A stretch of 63,688 nucleotides of DNA, filler included, from Octopus bimaculoides (taxonomy: Eukaryota), in the NCBI RefSeq assembly GCF_001194135.2. It is 8 parts of 8 records of this genome, joined end to end, with 100 filler letters (N's around TTAATTAATTAA, not from the genome) between each part and the next. Parts side by side here need not be neighbours in the genome. Positions count along the whole stretch, not along the records: positions 1 to 23,215 come from NC_068982.1; 7 more parts are not named here. One strand, given 5' to 3'. This document shows positions 1 through 10,420 of this stretch, piece after piece. The notes beneath the pieces were generated by a model. It was given only the letters and a program-made list of their open reading frames with translations. It made no database searches and had not been told where the DNA came from. The position numbers and the translations under genes are program-made. Every line of letters begins with the position of its first letter. The first letter of the stretch is position 1.

Positions 1-86
1 TGAAATTTACAGAAAAACAAAATACGAAGACAGGTTTATAAACACAAGCAGGTGTATTAGTTTGACGCTCGGGAAAGTGAGAAAGT

Positions 87-122
87 CTTTTACGTTTCGA
101 GCCTACGCTCTTCAGCAGAAAG
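87..122 (-). ncRNA. Degenerate ultra-minimal hammerhead in a repeat fragment
   Basis: CUUU CUGCUGA A GAGC GUAG GCUC GAAA CG UA AAAG. Stems I and II pair, stem III is the loopless palindrome ACGU, and the core has A6>C. Confidence 0.45.
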
Positions 123-185
123 GAACACGAGGAAATAAACAGAGAGAGAATAAAACACTTTTGGAGTTAGCAGTCAACCATGGCA

Positions 186-227
<42 letters not shown>

Positions 228-1007
228 AATATACATACGTATCCACCCTAAACAACGCATTTCTAATTACAAGTGTATTTTTTTGAAAGAATCACAATAT
301 TATGCAAATAAGTGGAAGTGGTGTCTATGTAGTTTTACAAAATGGAATCATGATTTCGTGCTTGTGTGTATGATGAATTTAAATATCGTATATTGAGGCT
401 CGTGGTATTATGATGGTAGTGCATTGATGATGGCCGTGGTATGATGGTGATAGTGCTAGTGGTATTATGCGCGCACGCGTACACACACATACGCACACTT
501 ATGCACGCATACATATGCTACTCGTCACAATATGTGTTTGAGGCTTTTACAGACTTAGCTTGTGCATGAAAGAGCAGAGACACTACACATTTTTAATATT
601 ATAAAGTTGAAGTGTCGATCTTTATATCACCTTAAGCATGGAACGAAATTGATGATACATATTCACATATGTGCATCAATTAAAGTGCATTATGGAGGCC
701 TATTAGTCGGTACCGCAAAAATGAAATACGAACATTTATGAAACGTACCACTTCCACGAACCCAAAAATTTAAAATGATATAGTAGAAAAAAAAAATGGG
801 AAATAAAACTTTAGCGTATATAAACGTTATGTTTATGGTATTAGATATATTTTATAGCATTTATTGACATAATTGTTGTAAAATGTTCATATATTTATTG
901 ATTCTATTNNNNNNNNNNNNNNNNNNNNNNNNNNNNNNNNNNNNNNNNNNNNNNNNNNNNNNNNNNNNNNNNNNNNNNNNNNNNNNNNNNNNNNNNNNNN
1001 NNNNNNN

Positions 1008-1042
<35 letters not shown>

Positions 1043-2039
1043 TACATAAAGACATATATACATAAATATGTATATAAATACAGGCACACACATATATATG
1101 TATATTTATGTGTGTGTGCGTGTGTTTGTGTGTGCGTTTGTACATATTTATATGTAATAATATATAATGTACATAGTATATATATATAAACGATAATTTT
1201 AAAAAGAATGGGTTGGCTGAATATAAATGTTATCTGGTGTTTTTTAGAACTGTTTTATAACAGTTTTTGTGAGAAGAGTTTCCAAAATGTTTATATAACG
1301 CGTCTTTTCTAAATTATGTTTCCATTTATGATCGATTAATATAGACAATGATACAAAAATCGTTGGGCAACGAAATGTGTTGAAATCTATATAAAATTAT
1401 GAAAGATAGATATTAGATCATTAGACATGTTTTGTATTTTTATTTTATAAGTTAAATTTATATGCATATAATCTGTGCGTGCTTTTTCTTACAGGTAATT
1501 ATTCAACCAACTTAAAGTAATTTCTCAGGAAACAAGTTAAATTGTAGGTGGGGTGCATCGGTGACTCTTTTACGTCACCTTTAATCATTCCAGGCAATAT
1601 TATATACCATCGTCGAACGACACTGCTTTCATCTTTTAGGGTCAATAAAATAAGTATCAGTTGAACACTGGGGTTGGTATAATCGACTTATGTCCCCCCA
1701 AGAAATTGCTGGCCAATGCCAAGAATCGTTAGCGCACCGCATGACATGCTTAGCGATATTTCGCCTGTCGCTACGTTCTGAGTTCAAATTTCGCCGAGGT
1801 CAACTTTGCCTTTCATACTTTCGGGGTCAATAAATTAACAACCAGTTGCGTACTAAGGTCAATAAATTAAGTACCAGTTGCGTACTAATAGACTGTCCCG
1901 CTCCCGCCAAAATTCAGGCCGTTGTTCCTATAGTAGAAACGATTATTACTATTATAATTGCCTTTGCACAGCTTCTAACGCTGGAGATGTACTACAGTGT
2001 CAGCTGCTCACTACCAGTGAACTAAGGTAACACCTATTA

Positions 2040-2412
2040 TTTTTCGAACACCTTCCGGTGTATTCCAGTGGTTTCAAGCAGTGCTGTTTCCTACAAGTGC
2101 TCCATCCTTATTGCAGCCCCTATTTGTTCCACGTACTTCTCGAGATTTTTGCTCACTGTTCCCAGGACTCCGACAATTATTGGTACTACTACTACTTTTT
2201 ACATCGACTACAACTGCTTAACTTCCCAAGCTAACCTATCATATTTCTCGACTTTTCTTTCTTCCTTATCGCAAACCTTGATGTCAGCTGGGCATGCTAT
2301 ATTTATGATCCAGCATTTATCCAATTTATCCATTTCCAGTATCCCCAAGTACTTATAGCCCGTCTCTTCTACCTGCTTCATAACCTCCCCCGACGGTATC
2401 GTTAGCCCGTCC
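2040..2412 (-). mobile_element. Internally deleted R4/Dong-like remnant
   Basis: GYKYLGILE (RT end) is fused directly to CWIINIACPAD...KVEKYDRLAWEV...VPIIVGVLGTV (RLE). A (TAC)n(TAT)n tract borders it at 2416-2502. Confidence 0.7.
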
Positions 2413-2413
2413 A

Positions 2414-2502
<89 letters not shown>

Positions 2503-2508
<6 letters not shown>

Positions 2509-2644
2509 TCACTGCTTGGAATCGAACTTGAAATCTTGGAGTTAGTAGACAGGACTCTTAACCACTACGCCACGGGCATATGGCGTAGTGGTTTAGAGCG
2601 CGGGCTCCTAACTCCAAAATTCCTAGTTCAATTCCAGGCAGTGA

Positions 2645-2650
<6 letters not shown>
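2503..2650. mobile_element. Head-to-head inverted pair of short tRNA-derived elements with (TAA)n tails
   Basis: The 70-nt arms 2503-2572 and 2581-2650 are imperfect reverse complements with an 8-nt spacer. The right arm has A-box-like TGGCGTAGTGG and B-box-like AGTTCAATTCC motifs. Confidence 0.7.
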
Positions 2651-2709
<59 letters not shown>

Positions 2710-3092
2710 TAATTGATATTATTGTTATTAAAGCGGTGAGCTGGTAAAATTGTTAGCGCGTCGGGTGAAATGCTTGGGAGTATTTCGCCCATCGCTCTGT
2801 TCTGAGTCCAAATTCCGCTGCGGTCTACTTTGTCTTTCATTCTTTCGACGTTGATAAATGAAGTACCGGTTGAGTACTGGGGTTGTTGTAATCGACTATC
2901 CCTCTCCAAAATTTCAGGCCTTGTGCCTATTGTAGGAAGGATTATTATTATTATTGTTCCTGTGATGACGGGCAGGATTGTTAGCGCATCAGGCAAAATG
3001 CTCAGCGACCATTTTTCAGGTACTTTACTAACTGGTATCGAATCTCATCAATGCCGTTCATCCTGTCGGGCGAAATAAAAATAAATTTCCAT

Positions 3093-3149
3093 TCATACAC
3101 TGAAGTCGATGTAATTGATGAAGCCCCACCCCTCGAAAGTGTTGTTGGT
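3093..3149 (-). CDS. Candidate terminal exon (TNNTFEGWGFINYIDFSV*)
   Basis: A TACTAAT branch-point-like motif lies just upstream of gtgcaAG. The phase-0 frame continues the 3623 exon and ends in TGA at 3095-3093. GWGFINY resembles the last CUB strand (G-x-GF...Y). Confidence 0.5.
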   Translation of the reverse strand, partial: TNNTFEGWGFINYIDFSV

Positions 3150-3577
3150 CTTGCACATAAATTAGTAATATTTTCAAATATATTTGCTATGTTATTCATT
3201 AGAAGTTCCCTTTTCTTTATTCTTATTCATATATGTTTCTTTTTAGCTCTTTCTTTTTCTTCGGAGCCACGTCTAATATTTATAATATATTTGATCACTC
3301 TTTTGATTATAAACATCCTACGCTTCGCTGTGTAAGTATGTCTACCATTATTACATATAAAATTTATAATGATTACATTGTATGCTTCAACATTAATTAC
3401 AATTTATCATTAAGTTGTTAATTATCTATCGGACTAATTTTAAATTCAACTCTTTATTCAATATGCCAATCATACAATTAAACACATATTCTTAAGACTT
3501 GCATTTACAAAAGCAGGTATCAACACAAGGAGATGAAGAGACAAACAGCCAAACATACATACACACGCGCACGCGCG

Positions 3578-3611
<34 letters not shown>

Positions 3612-3622
3612 GCTCTAGATAC

Positions 3623-3737
3623 TTGACGAGATAGTTTTAGATGCATGGAGCCGGGTGAAACGTTTGTTCGATAATACATGTAATTCTTCCCACATGTCTC
3701 TTCTTTCGTTAGTCCACTCATTCGTATGTATACTTTC
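3623..3737 (-). CDS. Candidate exon (T|KVYIRMSGLTKEETCGKNYMYYRTNVSPGSMHLKLSRQ)
   Basis: Acceptor ggttacAG and donor CAA|GTATCT; 115 nt, phase 2 in (matches 4008) and 0 out. Confidence 0.55.
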
Positions 3738-4007
3738 CTGTAACCATGATATAATATGTACCTCTGTGTATAAATATGCGTTTATGCGATTGTTCTGTTC
3801 ATAGATAACATAAATGCGTCTATATTTATACATAGTTGTATAAATGCGTCTATATTTATTTCTAGCTGTTCTGTGTATGCATGTCGATATAACCATATAC
3901 TTGCGCTGATGAATCGTCAGGCAGGATGTCTGAGATGTTCACTGAGCAAGGAAACCGTGCAGCAGATTCTCGTGTTGTATCCAAGTATTGCTGATAATTG
4001 GACTTAC

Positions 4008-4151
4008 GTAGAACAGCTGTTGTCGCGTGTAAAAGAAGCCCCACTATCGACCGAGTCCCCTGTGAGGATCATCCTACAGCTCTACCACCTTGAATAGGGC
4101 AGGTGGTGTTTCTCTGTGTAGTGGCTATGGTGATAGAGATTGTGAGATTGA
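4008..4151 (-). pseudogene. Candidate exon (QSHNLYHHSHYTEKHHLPYSRW*SCRMILTGDSVDSGASFTRDNSCS) with internal TAG
   Basis: Acceptor tcatttctgtctAG and donor TAC|GTAAGT; 144 nt, phase 2-2. The TAG at 4084-4082 could instead be the acceptor, giving an open phase-0 exon 4081-4008. Confidence 0.5.
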
Positions 4152-4580
4152 CTAGACAGAAATGATTTCCCTCATTTTATTTTTTAAAAATTCTTTATAG
4201 AGCGGTAGCAGTATAACAATCAAGAGAGAATTATGTCTACATGCTGAATAACTGTTTCCAAAGAATGATACCATCTGAAGCAGGTTCGTAGTAGCTCATA
4301 TTTAGTTCTGATTATACACAAAATTCACAAAACGTTTCCGATATGTTCTTTCAGGTGCAGACATTAGTTTCAAACTGCTGTTTCATAGTATACTCATTCT
4401 TAATGTAGTTGATCAAATCAAATCAAATCAAATTAAATTTATTGGCAGAAGAGCACAATGTACTTAGGCCATGTAAAAGAACAAACAGAAATCAGTTATT
4501 GTTATATGCAGTTTTATATCTGTAGACATATCTGTTTTCTTCGGTATCTTGGTGCTTTTCAAAATTCATACCGGTTGTTT

Positions 4581-4630
<50 letters not shown>

Positions 4631-6029
4631 GTCTATCGTTCGACCGATTGATAGATCCATCCATCCATCCATCCATCCATCCATCCATCCATCCATCCAT
4701 TCATCCATGTTTTAGAGTTTGGACATAAGAAACAAATTGAAATTTGAAATCTAAATGGGTTATTGAAATTTTCATCTTAAAGGTGAATTTAATTTGAAAA
4801 TGGAGTGAATGTAAATGTGGTCGGAACATTTTCCACAGGATTCATAGCGTGGTGATTTGACAACATAATAATATTTTCATATGTAATTGTGTAGAAAATC
4901 TGTTTTGCTCTTAGTTTGAAAGGACCTTGAATGGCAAAACATTGAGTCAGATTTTGCCCCTACATTTGATTCCATTGGAAGTATTCAACAATTTAGACTG
5001 TAAACGTTTTCAGCTAATTATTATCATCCTGCATTTATCTTAATTCATTTTCTAATTAGGCAAGTGAAGCCTTTTTAACACAAACAATATGTAATGAATT
5101 CATCTGCTGTTTCTAATTACGATAAAGCATATTTCCCCTACGAAATGTCTACTTTAAATGCATAATAAAAACATATGGCTGCAATATTTACTTTGATAAA
5201 TGAAAATCTGTCGACAGTATAATAAAAAAGAATTGAGCTAAAAACTCTTAAATTCTATCCTGCAACTTTTTATCAGCAATCATTTGAAAATGGTTTATTT
5301 CCATGATAAAGAAACTTTTCTAAAAGATCTTTACAGAAAATGGAACAAAATAAAGAGCAGAACATTTTTGTGAAATCAGATAAGATGAAAAAAATTATGA
5401 AGTAAATAAACATATGGTAGATTCAGATGAAATTTGGTTTCAAACAAATTCCAAAATATTCTTCTACGTTACTTTGATGTAGTCAGTACCGTGGTAGAAA
5501 ACATCACTAGCCATATCAATACTGAAGACAACACCGAGATATTAATCGTTTAAGATCGATATATTACAGAAAAGACCATGTACTCAAAGATTTCAGATAC
5601 CTATTTGATCCCTAAATTCTTCAAAAACAGACGTTGAAATTTTAAGAAAATATGTAAAAATATAAAAAAAAATAATAATAATTAAAATTCAGTTGAATTA
5701 AGTACTTAATTTGAGGTACCAAACTGGTTCGGTACAGTGCGCGCAGCTCGAAGTTTAGTGAATAAAAAGAAAATAAGTAACAAAGATGTCCAGGTATCAA
5801 TACATTACAGCCGTTTCAAGCGGCTCCATTTAATCTATGAATGAAAATATTACATCAATTTGAAAGAAACTACTCTCCCCAGACGCAGACTATTCTACAG
5901 ATTTCTAATATAAAGGATAAACCATTATTTTAGCACCATTTACATTGTTAATAACTTACAACGTAAAAAGATCAATCGAATCATTAATAAATAGATTATA
6001 ATCAACACAAAATTGACTTTTGTACTCAC

Positions 6030-6091
6030 CAGAAACCTGTCCTGACAGTCAATTCTTGAATGAGTTACTGACACAAATGAGCGCAGGTAAC
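6030..6091 (-). CDS. Candidate exon (G|YLRSFVSVTHSRIDCQDRFL)
   Basis: Acceptor acatattcAG and strong donor CTG|GTGAGT; 62 nt. Only the phase-1 frame is open, and it continues the 9702 exon. Confidence 0.55.
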
Positions 6092-6691
6092 CTGAATATG
6101 TATATCAATATCATTATATATATATATATCTATATCTATATCTATATATNNNNNNNNNNNNNNNNNNNNNNNNNNNNNNNNNNNNNNNNNNNNNNNNNNN
6201 NNNNNNNNNNNNNNNNNNNNNNNNNNNNNNNNNNNNNNNNNNNNNNNNNNNNNNNNNNNNNNNNNNNNNNNNNNNNNNNNNNNNNNNNNNNNNNNNNNNN
6301 NNNNNNNNNNNNNNNNNNNNNNNNNNNNNNNNNNNNNNNNNNNNNNNNNNNNNNNNNNNNNNNNNNNNNNNNNNNNNNNNNNNNNNNNNNNNNNNNNNNN
6401 NNNNNNNNNNNNNNNNNNNNNNNNNNNNNNNNNNNNNNNNNNNNNNNNNNNNNNNNNNNNNNNNNNNNNNNNNNNNNNNNNNNNNNNNNNNNNNNNNNNN
6501 NNNNNNNNNNNNNNNNNNNNNNNNNNNNNNNNNNNNNNNNNNNNNNNNNNNNNNNNNNNNNNNNNNNNNNNNNNNNNNNNNNNNNNNNNNNNNNNNNNNN
6601 NNNNNNNNNNNNNNNNNNNNNNNNNNNNNNNNNNNNGATAACAAGGCCAAGGCTGCGTGGAATTTTTAGGACATTTCAAATTAGGAAGTTA

Positions 6692-6739
6692 GTCTTATAG
6701 TTGTTTCTGGGATATTTGGGATATCTCTTCATCAGAGAC
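6692..6739 (-). ncRNA. Minimal hammerhead, GUCU/AGAC family, left arm of palindromic element
   Basis: GUCU CUGAUGA A GAGAUAU CCCAA AUAUCCC A GAAA CAACUA UA AGAC. The core is intact and stem III is degraded. Confidence 0.6.
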
Positions 6740-6820
6740 AATGTGAAATTGTTAAATAGAAGCAAATATTAGAGTTCAATATAAGGAGTTATATTTCCCT
6801 CTATTTAATCATCTGACATG

Positions 6821-6868
6821 GTCTATGATCAAGGGATATCCCTAATATCCCAGAAACAGCTGTAAGAC
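6821..6868 (+). ncRNA. Minimal hammerhead, GUCU/AGAC family, right arm of palindromic element
   Basis: GUCU AUGAUCA A GGGAUAU CCCUA AUAUCCC A GAAA CAGCUG UA AGAC. All stems are perfect, but the core is mutated at C3 and G8. Confidence 0.6.
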
Positions 6869-8717
6869 AAACTCACTTTATAAATGACCTGAATATTCGA
6901 TACAGCCTTGGCTTTGTTGTTCCATTTTATTTAACATATACATGCTCATACAAGACCCGCATTAGCTAGACTCCTCACTCCTAACATTATCGAACCGAGA
7001 GTTTAACTACAGTCCTTCCATAGCACTTATATACCGTTTCCTGCCATCTTGGATCTTCTGGATACCAATACTTCTCATATATATTGCTTTTTACAGTAGT
7101 AGTAGTAGTAGTAGATAATTAATATAGAAGGTCGGTTGAAAGAAATTAATCATGGTAATTAGAGAGAAGAAAAATATTATGTTCTAAAAGTTTAAACGGT
7201 AGCGGTGGGGGGTTGCAGTTTTGCAAGGGACAGTGAAGTCAAGTCACGTAGTCACTTCTGAAGTCAAGTGATTACTGTTGTTGCAACTACCACGAATGTC
7301 GCCGCTGTTCTTGATCTTGATTTTCTTAAACTTCTTTTTGATGCTGTTGTTCAACCACAGAAGAGAATATTAAATAGAATTTGAGCACTTGTTTTTAAGA
7401 GGAAAAGATTTCGAAATTTGATTTAGTGTTTGAAGCAAAGTTACAGAAACTTGAAACTCGTGTATCCTCGTCTTCGGAAGAGCATAGTTACATAATGGCC
7501 AGGATATGAAATTCACTTTCTGTCTTGTTATATAAATTATAGAGATACTTCTTTGTCCAGCATGTTGACTGTAGCGAGATGGTAAAGTCGTTAGCACGCC
7601 GGGTGAAATGCTTAGTGGCATTTCGTTCGTCTTTGTTCTGAGTTAGAATTTCGCCGAGGTCGACTTTTTGCGGGGTCGATAAAATAAGTACCAGGTGAGC
7701 ACTGGGGTCAATGTAATCGACTTTCCTCCAAAATTGGTGGTTTTGTGCCAAACTTTGAAACCAATATTAATAAAGTATTATTTTCTTCTTTCAGTCATTC
7801 GACTACAACCATACTGGAGCACTGCGCAGAAGTGATTAGTTAAACAAATGGACACCAATAGTTCTTTCTTCTAAGTGAGGTAATCATTTCATAGTTCCCT
7901 ATTTCTGAATCGCTAATATACTGGAACGTAAGCAAACCAACACTTGTTATGAAATGATTGAAACAGGAATAGGAACACACACGCACACACAAGTATATAC
8001 ATATATACGACGGGCTTCTACACAGTTTCCATCTGCCAAACTCACTTACTAAGCATTGGTTGACGCAGGTCTGTAGCAGAAACCATTTGGCAAAATTTGC
8101 CGTCTAGTGTCACTGAATCCATAAAAGAGTGTCTGCGAATTAAACATGTTAATTACACATCCATTTTTGTCTGTGGTGAGATAGAATATCGAGGTTCTCA
8201 TTTTTGTGTCAAAATATACTCCGGTATTTACAAGTGATTCGGTTCTCAAAGTTGTTCTATTTATGTTTTGTGGAAGAATAAATAAAAGCATTTCTTTGTG
8301 ATTAAAATGGAATATGCATCAGATAATATATTGTGTTTTAACGTTTGTTCAAATATAAATCCAAACATGTTTTTTTGCGGTTCAGCTGTCTTTGAAATTC
8401 TGCGAGATTTCCTAATGCATATTAGTGAGAATAAACCAGAACANNNNNNNNNNNNNNNNNNNNNNNNNNNNNNNNNNNNNNNNNNNNNNNNNNNNNNNNN
8501 NNNNNNNNNNNNNNNNNNNNNNNNNNNNNNNNNNNNNNNNNNNNNNNNNNNNNNNNNNNNNNNNNNNNNNNNNNNNNNNNNNNNNNNNNNNNNNNNNNNN
8601 NNNNNNNNNNNNNNNNNNNNNNNNNNNNNNNNNNNNNNNNNNNNNNNNNNNNNNNNNNNNNNNNNNNNNNNNNNNNNNNNNNNNNNNNNNNNNNNNNNNN
8701 NNNNNNNNNNNNNNNNN

Positions 8718-8752
<35 letters not shown>

Positions 8753-9209
8753 TATTCTTTTATTCGTTTGTTTCAGTCATTTCACTGCGGCCATGTTGAA
8801 ACGCCACCTTTAGTCGAACAAATCGACCACAGGACTTATTCTTTGTAAGCCTGTTACCTATTCTATCGGTATCTTTTGCCGAACTGCTAAGTTACGGGAA
8901 CGTAAACAAACCAGCATCGGTTGTCAATCGATGGTGGGGGACAATCACAGACACACAAACATATATATATATACTAATCGGACACAGAATGTGTGTCGTT
9001 AGCCAGCTGGAAGAGATGCCTGCCTGGGGCTATAAACATCGGTAGCACTGTCTCGAATAGGATGCCACACTTTGTTGGCAATTATATATTACGATTCCGT
9101 ATTGCTATTGTTTATGTCTCGCTCAGACATTTAATATACAGTATATACATGTGTGTATATGTATATATTTATATATACGCATACACACTAACACGTATAT
9201 ACACATATA

Positions 9210-9240
<31 letters not shown>

Positions 9241-9332
9241 GGGGGTGTATGCGTGTGTGTGTGTGTGTTAAATAAAATGAGACAAGGCCAAGGCTGCGTG
9301 GAATTTTCAAGACATTTAAAAAGAGAAAGTTA

Positions 9333-9380
9333 GTCCTGTAGCCGTTTTTGGGACATTAGGGATATCTCTTCAGCAGAGAC
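9333..9380 (-). ncRNA. Degenerate hammerhead, GUCU/AGAC family
   Basis: GUCU CUGCUGA A GAGAUAU CCCUA AUGUCCC A AAAA CGGCUA CA GGAC; homologous to 6692-6739, with several core changes. Confidence 0.45.
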
Positions 9381-9614
9381 GATGTGAGATGGTTAAATAG
9401 AAGGAAATAGAGTTCAATATTAGTAGTTATATCTCCCTCTATTTAACCATCTTGCATATATTACCATTCGACTAACTCCAAAATTATAGTCCCCGATGAT
9501 TTCGAAGACTACAGCTCTTCGTTGCTCTCATGCATCTCATAGATTTGCGACCGGTTGAGAAAAGGAACATTTTTCAAGCCTCAACATACTAAACCAACAG
9601 ATTTCGTTCGCTGC

Positions 9615-9690
9615 AGGAACGCCCGCTGCACGAACGCCCGCTGCACGAACGCACGCTGCACGAACGCCCGCTGCACGAACGCCCGCTGCA
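9615..9690. repeat. 15-bp minisatellite x5 (GAACGCCCGCTGCAC)
   Basis: Directly visible; it produces the SGRSC repeats in ORF 9589-9852. Confidence 0.9.
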
Positions 9691-9701
9691 TTCATAAGTA
9701 C

Positions 9702-9861
9702 CCTTGTCTCTGAAGCCAGTCTCGTTGTTTGCTACCAATGAGAGATTCACGACTAGCTGCTCTGCTGGCCTTTCATACATACGCATTATCATTTGCATAA
9801 CTTCAGCTGTGGTACAGATATGTTCGAACAACTGAACAGAATCATTGCACAACTCCGCTAT
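9702..9861 (-). CDS. Candidate exon (IAELCNDSVQLFEHICTTAEVMQMIMRMYERPAEQLVVNLSLVANNETGFRDK)
   Basis: Acceptor cattgtcttcAG and a weak donor AAGG|GTACTT; 160 nt open frame, phase 0 in and 1 out, matching both neighbours. Confidence 0.5.
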
Positions 9862-10374
9862 CTGAAGACAATGAGTATCTTCTCATTTTTGATAACGACA
9901 CTTGTGAAAACCATGTAAATCTATACACGCAGTAACANNNNNNNNNNNNNNNNNNNNNNNNNNNNNNNNNNNNNNNNNNNNNNNNNNNNNNNNNNNNNNN
10001 NNNNNNNNNNNNNNNNNNNNNNNNNNNNNNNNNNNNNNNNNNNNNNNNNNNNNNNNNNNNNNNNNNNNNNNNNNNNNNNNNNNNNNNNNNNNNNNNNNNN
10101 NNNNNNNNNNNNNNNNNNNNNNNNNNNNNNNNNNNNNNNNNNNNNNNNNNNNNNNNNNNNNNNNNNNNNNNNNNNNNNNNNNNNNNNNNNNNNNNNNNNN
10201 NNNNNNNNNNNNNNNNNNNNNNNNNNNNNNNNNNNNNNNNNNNNNNNNNNNNNNNNNNNNNNNNNNNNNNNNNNNNNNNNNNNNNNNNNNNNNNNNNNNN
10301 NNNNNNNNNNNNNNNNNNNNNNNNNNNNNNNNNNNNNNNNNNNNNNNNNNNNNNNNNNNNNNNNNNNNNNNNNN

Positions 10375-10420
<46 letters not shown>

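Larger units (their letters stand above)
6640..6917. mobile_element. Palindromic non-autonomous element made of two inverted hammerhead-bearing arms
   Basis: The left arm (acaaggccaaggctgcgtgg...gttaaatagaagcaaata) is the imperfect reverse complement of the right arm (tatttccctctatttaatc...tacagccttggctttgt). Related copies lie at 9281-9455 and about 50535-50650. Confidence 0.65.

Noticed and set aside
3051-3335. Plus-strand ORF (EVDVIDEAPPLESVVGLAHKL) and a TTGATGA...GAAA hammerhead-like string near 3115-3140
   Set aside because: It is antisense to the candidate terminal exon, and the hammerhead-like string cannot form stems I-III.
3873-4097. Plus-strand ORF with a protein-like look (SKETVQQILVLYPSIADNWTYVEQLL)
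   Set aside because: It has no good plus-strand splice sites and overlaps the better supported minus-strand exon, so it is probably a shadow frame.
5805-5834. Possible terminal exon IKWSRLKRL* after the 6030 donor
   Set aside because: The acceptor is plausible, but it would cut the chain before the second CUB-like repeat. It cannot be distinguished without RNA data.
9702-9800. Faint resemblance of EVMQMIMRMYERPAEQLVVNL to tautomerase/MIF sequences
   Set aside because: Only scattered identities and no N-terminal Pro; the CUB-like repeat explains the region better.
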